A stretch of DNA of 58,263 nt from an uncultured Acidimicrobiia bacterium (GTDB taxonomy: Bacteria; Actinomycetota; Acidimicrobiia; Spongiisociales; UBA5794), in the NCBI GenBank assembly GCA_964195545.1, contig CAXMQQ010000035.1, positions 1-58,263 on the forward strand, given 5' to 3'. Below the pieces are notes generated by a model that saw only the letters and a list, made by a program, of their open reading frames with translations, had not been told where the DNA came from and searched no databases. Shown piece by piece: positions 51,895-58,263 of the stretch. The first letter of the stretch is position 1, and each line of letters opens with the position of its first letter. The position numbers were made by a program, and so were the translations under genes.

Positions 51895-52094
51895 CGGGAG
51901 CGAAATCCTCGGTTGCGGGCTTCGGCAAGTGTGTCCGGCCCGAACGATTGGAGCAGCTTCTCTCCCATGAGATCTTGCTCTTCGGCTCGAGCCTCGAGCG
52001 CAGCGAAGTCGTCGACGTTGTCGCAGTCGTGAACGATCATGTCGTCGCGAGTTCCGATGAATCTCATGTGGTCGAATCGACGAAGGCGAGACAT
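51891..52094 (-). CDS. Small hypothetical protein (67 aa)
   Basis: TATCGT 6 nt before ATG (leaderless); TTGA coupling to the amidohydrolase. Confidence 0.7.
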   Translation of the reverse strand: MSRLRRFDHMRFIGTRDDMIVHDCDNVDDFAALEARAEEQDLMGEKLLQSFGPDTLAEARNRGFRSR

Positions 52095-52112
52095 GCCCCG
52101 ACGATAGTCGTG

Positions 52113-52559
52113 TCAGGACCGAGTGAGTCGAACGGTTGCGATGGAGATGCCGCTGCCACCGGCCTTGATGCGGATCTCCCCATCGACCCCTTCGCCGTCG
52201 AAATCCATCGTCCACTCCCCGTCGGTTCCATCGGAACTGGTGATCTCGTACCCGTTCAAGGGGAGGTTGTCCTCGTAGTACGTCACTACGGCGCCGATCG
52301 ATGCAGGGAGCGTGGTGACCATCTCTGTCAAGCCACGGTTCGTGTCGACCATCGTGGCTCCCACGACGGCTTCATCCGGGATTGGAAACGAATCCGGCAC
52401 GACCTCAGGGACTGTGCCCCTTCCGAAGACGACGGCTGACGCGTTGGCATCACCGTTCGTTGTCGTTGCGGCGTCCCCCGCCGAACCGCCACATCCGGCC
52501 GCGACCAACGCCGCCACGATGAGTGCTGCAAACCCGGCAAGGGGTTTGTTCATCTGCAT
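52113..52559 (-). CDS. Putative lipoprotein
   Basis: Signal peptide with lipobox VAAGC; TATCAT 6 nt before ATG. Confidence 0.8.
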   Translation of the reverse strand: MQMNKPLAGFAALIVAALVAAGCGGSAGDAATTTNGDANASAVVFGRGTVPEVVPDSFPIPDEAVVGATMVDTNRGLTEMVTTLPASIGAVVTYYEDNLPLNGYEITSSDGTDGEWTMDFDGEGVDGEIRIKAGGSGISIATVRLTRS

Positions 52560-52582
52560 CGTCGGATGATATGGGAACAGCC

Positions 52583-52665
52583 GGACTAGGAACGAGATGA
52601 CGGACATGAGACTTCAGACCCGAGGCATCAGCCGCGATCGGGGAATCTCATGTCTCATATCTCTC
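52583..52665. repeat. Inverted heptamer arrays in divergent promoter region
   Basis: GAACGAG ATGACGG ACATGAG ACTTCAG ACCCGAG GCATCAG ... ATCTCAT GTCTCAT ATCTCTC. Confidence 0.65.
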
Positions 52666-52710
52666 ACCTACCCCTCCCCAGGGATCTGACTTCTAGTAAG
52701 TTCCTGGGCT

Positions 52711-53259
52711 ATGGACTTCCACTCGATACGTCTCTTCTTCGCGCTCCTCGCGCTCCTTGCCAATGCCGCCACGATCGCAATCGTGGTGATCGGGATCGCA
52801 GGCAGGCGCGGGCCGTCGGGCCACGAGTTGCGCGAGCGCGTCTTCGGCGCGTTCCGTGGACTCGAACTGTGGCTCGGATTCGCCGTCGCGACGACCGCGA
52901 CACTCGGCAGCCTCTATCTCTCCGAGATCGCTCACTTGGTCCCTTGCACCTACTGCTGGTACCAGCGGATCGCCATGTATCCCCTCGTCGTCATCCTCGG
53001 TATCGCCGCGCTGAGGAAGGACCAGGGGGTCCGCATCTACGCAACGACTCTCGCAGTGATCGGTGCCGTGCTTGCTTTCTACCACCGCATCGTCCAGGCG
53101 TTCCCCGAACTCAACGGCTCGGCGTGTTCGGCAGGAGTCCCCTGCACTGCCGCCTACTTCACGCTGTTCGGGTTCGTCACGATTCCCTACATGGCGTTGA
53201 GTGGATTCCTGCTAATTCTCGCCTTGCTATACGTCGATCACTCCAATAGCCCCGCCTGA
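52711..53259 (+). CDS. dsbB: Disulfide bond formation protein DsbB/BdbC
   Basis: GSLYLSE, PCTYCWYQRIAMYP, second Cys pair CSAGVPC, FVTIP. Confidence 0.92.
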   Translation: MDFHSIRLFFALLALLANAATIAIVVIGIAGRRGPSGHELRERVFGAFRGLELWLGFAVATTATLGSLYLSEIAHLVPCTYCWYQRIAMYPLVVILGIAALRKDQGVRIYATTLAVIGAVLAFYHRIVQAFPELNGSACSAGVPCTAAYFTLFGFVTIPYMALSGFLLILALLYVDHSNSPA

Positions 53260-53292
53260 CGGCCATCATTGCCGTCCCTCGAAAGGAGTCCC

Positions 53293-53928
53293 ATGGCCGG
53301 AACAAACAAGAAGCAGCCACAGTCGTCCGGAAGGTCCCGGTCGATTCCCGTCGTCGGCATCGTGTTCGCCGTTGTCGCCGTCCTTGCCGTCGTCGCAGTT
53401 GTGTTCGCGGGGAACACAGAACTTGGAAGCGAATACGGTGAGCCACAGGTTCAGGGCCAACTCTCCCCGATGCCGTCCGACGCCGCAGTCGACACCTCAG
53501 CCACGGGACAGCCATCACCGATCGTGATCGGCGCAGACTTCGATGGCAATGAGGTCCGGATCGAAAACGACGGCATAGCCAAAGCGATCGTGCTCCTCGC
53601 ACACTGGTGCCCCCATTGTCAGAACGAGGTCCCCGAGGTTCAGGCGTGGCTCGAGTCGGGCGGCGGAGTCGATGGCGTCGACCTGTACTCAGTCGCCACC
53701 TCGATGAGCTCTTCTCGTGACAACTATCCGTCGTCAGAGTGGCTCGATCGCGAGGGATGGACGGTGCCACTGGTCGTGGACGACCAGGACGACAGCGTCT
53801 ACAAGGCGTACGGTGCCGGCGGATTCCCTTTCTGGGTCTTCGTGAACAGCGACGGAACCGTTGCGGCCCGGGCAGCAGGGAGAATCGGGATCGATCAACT
53901 CGAACAGTTCATGAACACTCTCTCCTAG
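53293..53928 (+). CDS. Membrane-anchored TlpA/thioredoxin-fold redoxin
   Basis: SD AAGGAG, TM helix, AHWCPHC, FPFWVF. Confidence 0.9.
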   Translation: MAGTNKKQPQSSGRSRSIPVVGIVFAVVAVLAVVAVVFAGNTELGSEYGEPQVQGQLSPMPSDAAVDTSATGQPSPIVIGADFDGNEVRIENDGIAKAIVLLAHWCPHCQNEVPEVQAWLESGGGVDGVDLYSVATSMSSSRDNYPSSEWLDREGWTVPLVVDDQDDSVYKAYGAGGFPFWVFVNSDGTVAARAAGRIGIDQLEQFMNTLS

Positions 53929-53936
53929 TGGCAGCC

Positions 53937-54866
53937 ATGGAGTTCGGATTGATGGTCGAACCCCAGGTCGGGGGAAGCTACACACGGCTGAAGGAGCTCG
54001 CACTTTGGGCGGAAGACCAGGGACTCGACGCCTTCGCCCGGTCCGATCACTACCTGGACCAAGACCGATCGGCACCCGCCACCGATGCCTTGACCACCTT
54101 CGGCGGGCTTGCGGAGGTTACGGATACGATCCAGCTGGTCGTGCTCGTCACACCGATCACGTTCCGTCACCCTGCGGTGATAGCAAAGACCGCAACGACG
54201 CTCGACGAGATGACCGCCGGTCGTTTTGCCCTCGGCGTCGGCACGGGATGGATGCAGGGTGAGCACGATGTGCTCGGATTGAACCTCCCCGAGCTCGGTG
54301 AGCGCTTCGACCGCTTCTACGAAACACTCTCATATCTCCATGCTGCGTTCGGCACCAACGAGGGATTCGCGGGCGAGTACTACAGCCTTGCTCCGGTAGA
54401 GATACTCCCCCACCCGGCGAACGTCCCCATCGTCATCGGTGGAAGTGGGATGAAGAAGACTCCTACGTATGCCGGTCATTTCGCGAGCGAATACAACATG
54501 TTCGTTGCCGACAGGGACACGGTTGAGCGGCGCCTCGACGTGATGCGGGCCGCTGAGGCGGATGCCGGCAGGGAGCCCGGGAGCGTGAAGGTGAGTTTCG
54601 TTGGTCCCACCGTCGTCGCCGCCACCGATGACGCGTACGCCGCACTCCTCACAGAGCGCGGCTCCAAGAGAAGCATGAGCGCAACCGCGTACGAAGCATT
54701 CCTCGCCGAACGCAACATTCCCCACGGCGTGCCCGATCAGGCAGCAGCTGTCATCGCGGATCTAGAAGGGATAGGCATCGGGCGTTTCTATGTCCAGGAG
54801 TACGCCCATCTCGATGACATCGACACGGACGATCTCACCACCGTGTTCAGAGCACTACGCGGATAG
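53937..54866 (+). CDS. LLM-class (probably F420-dependent) oxidoreductase
   Basis: RSDH, LVTPITFRHP, GRFALGVGTGW, IGGSG; cofD/cofE are in the window. Confidence 0.9.
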   Translation: MEFGLMVEPQVGGSYTRLKELALWAEDQGLDAFARSDHYLDQDRSAPATDALTTFGGLAEVTDTIQLVVLVTPITFRHPAVIAKTATTLDEMTAGRFALGVGTGWMQGEHDVLGLNLPELGERFDRFYETLSYLHAAFGTNEGFAGEYYSLAPVEILPHPANVPIVIGGSGMKKTPTYAGHFASEYNMFVADRDTVERRLDVMRAAEADAGREPGSVKVSFVGPTVVAATDDAYAALLTERGSKRSMSATAYEAFLAERNIPHGVPDQAAAVIADLEGIGIGRFYVQEYAHLDDIDTDDLTTVFRALRG

Positions 54867-54913
54867 GAGAAACCCCATCGTCTACAGGTCGGCACGGGCC
54901 TAGTCTCGCGTGC

Positions 54914-55666
54914 ATGACACCGCTCCTCTCCGTCGAAAACCTGCACGCCTCGGTCGAGGGAACCGAGATCCTCAAGGGCGGTGATCTCATCGTCAATCCG
55001 GGCGAGGTCCACGCCATCATGGGTCCCAACGGCTCCGGAAAATCGACACTCGCCAACGTGTTGCTCGGCCATCCGTCATATACGGTGACTGAGGGCACGA
55101 TCACATACAAGGGTGAAGACATCACCGCGACCAAACCCGACGAGCGGGGCCGCACCGGTATGTTCCTCGGCTTCCAGTACCCGGAGGAGATCCCCGGCGT
55201 CTCCGTCATCAACTTCCTCCGTGCGGCGCTCTCCAATCGCACCGGCATCGACTACACGGTGCTCGAGTTGCGGCTCAAAGTCGTCGAGGCGATGAGAGAG
55301 CTCGAGATGGATCAGGAATTCGCCGACCGATACCTCAACGAAGGCTTCTCGGGGGGCGAGCGGAAGCGCAACGAGGTTCTCCAGATGGCGGTTCTCGAAC
55401 CGGACCTGGCTGTCCTCGACGAGACCGACTCCGGGTTGGATATCGACGCTCTGAAGATCGTCGCTGAAGGCGTTACCAGGCTCAGCAATGAGAACCGCGG
55501 CTTCGTCGTGATCACCCACTATCAGCGCATGCTCGAATACATCACCCCTGACGCGGTTCACGTGTTCCTCGATGGTCGCATCGTCGACACGGGTGGGCCA
55601 GGGCTCGCCGACCGGATCGAGGCTTCCGGCTACGACGACTACCGGACCGGAGTTGCAGCGACTTGA
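54914..55666 (+). CDS. sufC: Fe-S cluster assembly ATPase SufC
   Basis: MGPNGSGKST, FQYPEEIPGV, NEGFSGGERKR, DETDSGLD. Confidence 0.97.
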   Translation: MTPLLSVENLHASVEGTEILKGGDLIVNPGEVHAIMGPNGSGKSTLANVLLGHPSYTVTEGTITYKGEDITATKPDERGRTGMFLGFQYPEEIPGVSVINFLRAALSNRTGIDYTVLELRLKVVEAMRELEMDQEFADRYLNEGFSGGERKRNEVLQMAVLEPDLAVLDETDSGLDIDALKIVAEGVTRLSNENRGFVVITHYQRMLEYITPDAVHVFLDGRIVDTGGPGLADRIEASGYDDYRTGVAAT

Positions 55667-56895
55667 CCGACCTCCGTTACCTCCGCGAGGACTTCCCAAT
55701 CCTCACTCGAGAGGTAAACGGGCGGCCTCTCGTCTATCTCGACTCCGCGGCAACGACCCAGAAGCCGATTCAGGTCCTCGATGCCGTCGATACGTTCTAC
55801 CGCACGAAGAACGCCAATGTCCATCGCGGGGCATACTTGCTCTCCGCAGAAGCGACCGACGCGTACGAGGGAGCCAGAGCGAAGGTCGCCTCGTTCATCA
55901 ATGCTGCGTCGCCGGACGAGCTCGTGTTCTCCCGAGGCGCCACAACCTCGCTCAACCACATCGCATACGGGTGGGGCCTCAATCACCTCTCGGAGGGCGA
56001 CCGCGTCGTGCTCACCGTCATGGAGCATCACTCCAACGTCGTTCCCTGGCAACTCGTCGCTCGCCATACCGGCATCGAACTCGTCTACCTCACGATGGAC
56101 GATCGATACGAAGTCGACCTGACCGGCCTCGAAGACCTCATCGACGAACGGGTGAAGATCGTCGCGGTCTCCGGCATGTCGAACGTGACCGGCACCCTCG
56201 GTCCAGTACGAGCCCTGGTCGAAGCCGCGCGAAGCGTTGGTGCGCTCGTCGTCGTCGATGCTGCCCAACTGGTCCCGCACGCCCCGACCGACGTGCAGGA
56301 ACTCGATGCCGACTTCCTCGTCTTCTCCGGTCACAAGATGCTTGGACCGACAGGAATAGGAGCCCTGTGGGGCAAGCCGGAGCGTCTCGAGGAGATGGAG
56401 CCCACTGAGGGTGGGGGCGAGATGATCGCCGACGTGGGACTCTACGAGTCTCGTTGGGCGCCGGTCCCCCAGAAGTTCGAAGCCGGCACTCCGCCGATCG
56501 CTCAGGCGGTCGGGCTGGGAGCCGCCGTGGACTACCTGGATGCCGTCGGCATGGAGACGGTGAGGGATCACGAACAAGAGATCACCGGCTATGCCATGAA
56601 GCGCCTTGCTGGGATCCCCGATCTCGCCGTGTATGGCCCGAGCGATCCGGAGAATCGTGGCGGCGCCGTGAGCTTCTCACTTGGTGATATCCATGCGCAC
56701 GACATCGCAACGATTCTCGACCAGCATGGCATTGCCGTTCGTGCCGGCCACCATTGTGCGAAGCCCCTGATGCGGCACCTTCAGGTTCCGGCGACAGCCC
56801 GGGCGTCGTTCTATCTCTACAACACGACCGAAGAAGTGGACCTCCTCGTCGAGGGACTCATCGAAGCCAGATCTCTGTTCGGCCTCGACGCCTGA
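55663..56895 (+). CDS. sufS: Cysteine desulfurase SufS
   Basis: YLDSAATTQKP, SGHKM, FEAGTP, RAGHHCA. Confidence 0.97.
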   Translation: MTDLRYLREDFPILTREVNGRPLVYLDSAATTQKPIQVLDAVDTFYRTKNANVHRGAYLLSAEATDAYEGARAKVASFINAASPDELVFSRGATTSLNHIAYGWGLNHLSEGDRVVLTVMEHHSNVVPWQLVARHTGIELVYLTMDDRYEVDLTGLEDLIDERVKIVAVSGMSNVTGTLGPVRALVEAARSVGALVVVDAAQLVPHAPTDVQELDADFLVFSGHKMLGPTGIGALWGKPERLEEMEPTEGGGEMIADVGLYESRWAPVPQKFEAGTPPIAQAVGLGAAVDYLDAVGMETVRDHEQEITGYAMKRLAGIPDLAVYGPSDPENRGGAVSFSLGDIHAHDIATILDQHGIAVRAGHHCAKPLMRHLQVPATARASFYLYNTTEEVDLLVEGLIEARSLFGLDA

Positions 56896-56916
56896 GAGCA
56901 GTATTGTTCCTCTCGT

Positions 56917-57363
56917 ATGTCTTCCCTTGACGAGCTCTACCGCCAGGTCATCCTCGACCATTACCGGAACCCGCGTCGCCGAGGATCCCTTTCCGGTCCT
57001 CACGTTCATGCGGAGGGGCTCAATCCATCCTGCGGGGATGAGTTCTCCCTCGATCTCCAGATCGAAGACGGTGTCATCACAGACGCGGCCATCCAAGGCC
57101 AGGGCTGCTCGATCTCGCAGGCATCCGGGTCCATGATGACCGACGTGATCGTCGGCAAGACGATCGACGAAGCCCGGGAAGCCACAACGACGTTCAAATT
57201 GATGATGAGCATTGAGGAAGGGGAGGATCCCCTTGATCCGGAGCGCCCGGGCGCCGTGCTTGGAGATCTCGAAGCGCTGCAGGGAGTGAAGAAGTTCCCG
57301 GTGCGCATCAAGTGCGCGGATCTTCCCTGGACGACGCTCACCGACGCCCTCGATCGAGCGTGA
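56917..57363 (+). CDS. sufU: SUF system NifU-like protein SufU
   Basis: LYRQVILDHY, NPSCGD, GCSISQAS, RIKCA. Confidence 0.96.
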   Translation: MSSLDELYRQVILDHYRNPRRRGSLSGPHVHAEGLNPSCGDEFSLDLQIEDGVITDAAIQGQGCSISQASGSMMTDVIVGKTIDEAREATTTFKLMMSIEEGEDPLDPERPGAVLGDLEALQGVKKFPVRIKCADLPWTTLTDALDRA

Positions 57364-57396
57364 GTGTCACTGATGTCAACTCGGCAAGATAGAGGC

Positions 57397-57978
57397 ATGA
57401 GATACTCACCAAATACGGCGCTCATCGTCGTCGATGTGCAGAACGACTTCGCCGACCCGGACGGTTCTCTCTACGTGAGCGGAGGCGAAACGACGATCCC
57501 GTTCATCAACGAACAGATCGCGGCGGCGGCTGACGCTGGGGCAACCGTCATCTACACCAGGGATTGGCATCCCGAGTCAACGCTCCACTTCGCCAAAGAT
57601 GGTGGGATCTGGCCGGTGCACTGCGTCGGCGAAACTTGGGGATCTGGATTCCATCCGGATCTCAACGCGAACGGTGAAGAGATCAAGAAGGGCACGCGCG
57701 GAGAGGATGGCTACTCGGGATTCACCGTTCGGGATCCGGAAACGGGTGCGGAGTCGTCAACGGGCCTCGGGAGTCTTCTGCGGGACAAGGGAATCACTGA
57801 TGTGGTCGTGGTCGGCCTCGCGACCGATTACTGCGTGAAAGAGACCGCGCTCGACGGCACTCGTTTGGGCTTCACGACGACGCTACTCACGGACGGAGTC
57901 CGTCCGGTGGATCTCACTTCTGGTGATGGGGCAAGGGCGATCGCTGAGATGGTCGATGGCGGGGTCATCGTTCGGTAG
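57397..57978 (+). CDS. pncA: Nicotinamidase/pyrazinamidase
   Basis: VDVQNDF, DWHP, WPVHCV, GLATDYCV. Confidence 0.93.
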   Translation: MRYSPNTALIVVDVQNDFADPDGSLYVSGGETTIPFINEQIAAAADAGATVIYTRDWHPESTLHFAKDGGIWPVHCVGETWGSGFHPDLNANGEEIKKGTRGEDGYSGFTVRDPETGAESSTGLGSLLRDKGITDVVVVGLATDYCVKETALDGTRLGFTTTLLTDGVRPVDLTSGDGARAIAEMVDGGVIVR

Positions 57979-58262
57979 TCGGTGGCCGTCTGCGGTGGCG
58001 TACTGGGTATCGGGTACGCCGGGCGGGTCGGTCTGGGTGGGTCTGGGTTTGTCGGGGTTCTGAGCAAGCGTCGTTTGAGTGGTGGGCTGTCGGGGTCGAT
58101 TCGGAAGCCTTGTTGGTGGATTGCAACATGGTGGTGGAACCAGCACAGGGTGGTGAGGTTCTCTGGGTTGTGGGATCCGGCGTTGGAACGCAGGCGAATG
58201 TGGTGGGGTTCGAGCCGATACCGAGATGTGCAGCCTGTAATGGTGCAACTGCGGTCGCGATG
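57828..58262 (-). CDS. 3' end of HNH endonuclease (DUF222/13E12-like), truncated by the window edge
   Basis: Frame from 58262 reads HRDRSCTITGC...EPHHI......G.HNPENLTTLCWFHHH; A/C-rich coding strand; first stop at 57828. Confidence 0.85.
   Translation of the reverse strand, partial: HRDRSCTITGCTSRYRLEPHHIRLRSNAGSHNPENLTTLCWFHHHVAIHQQGFRIDPDSPPLKRRLLRTPTNPDPPRPTRPAYPIPSTPPQTATDYRTMTPPSTISAIALAPSPEVRSTGRTPSVSSVVVKPKRVPSSAVSFTQ
57972..58020. repeat. Heptamer array starting at the pncA stop
   Basis: GTAGTCG GTGGCCG ... GTACTGG GTATCGG GTACGCC. Confidence 0.65.
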
Positions 58263-58263
58263 C

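Overview
High-GC chromosomal window from an actinobacterium, probably Acidimicrobiia (inferred from gene order, the LipB-LipA fusion, short CofE and AhcY, and the frameshifted prfB). It is mostly core genome. It contains the 5' part of tmRNA (tag ANNESYAFAA), smpB, M23-ftsX-ftsE, prfB with a +1 programmed frameshift, secA, hpf, comF, ahcY, and a mannose/cell-envelope glycosylation block (pgi/pmi, manB, GT2, GtrA, a GT-C-like protein, DUF3499, DUF5719). It continues with cofD/cofE, birA, acyl-CoA carboxylase, methylmalonyl-CoA mutase, a class A PBP, pepA, pduO, tkt, lipBA, dlaT, lpdA, dsbB plus a redoxin, sufCSU, pncA and the 3' end of an HNH gene. No CRISPR array, rRNA, tRNA or phage gene is evident. 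The least explained signals are non-coding. First, degenerate 7-bp-period tandem arrays occur at about 10 gene junctions, and three of them share an identical 12-mer that contains the upstream gene's stop codon. Second, a 6S-RNA-like rod structure lies between secA and prfB. Third, another long structured element lies upstream of tkt. Fourth, a hairpin overlapping a sigma-28-like promoter sits between pepA and a CAP-domain gene. Leaderless gene starts are also common. All structure and family calls were made by eye.
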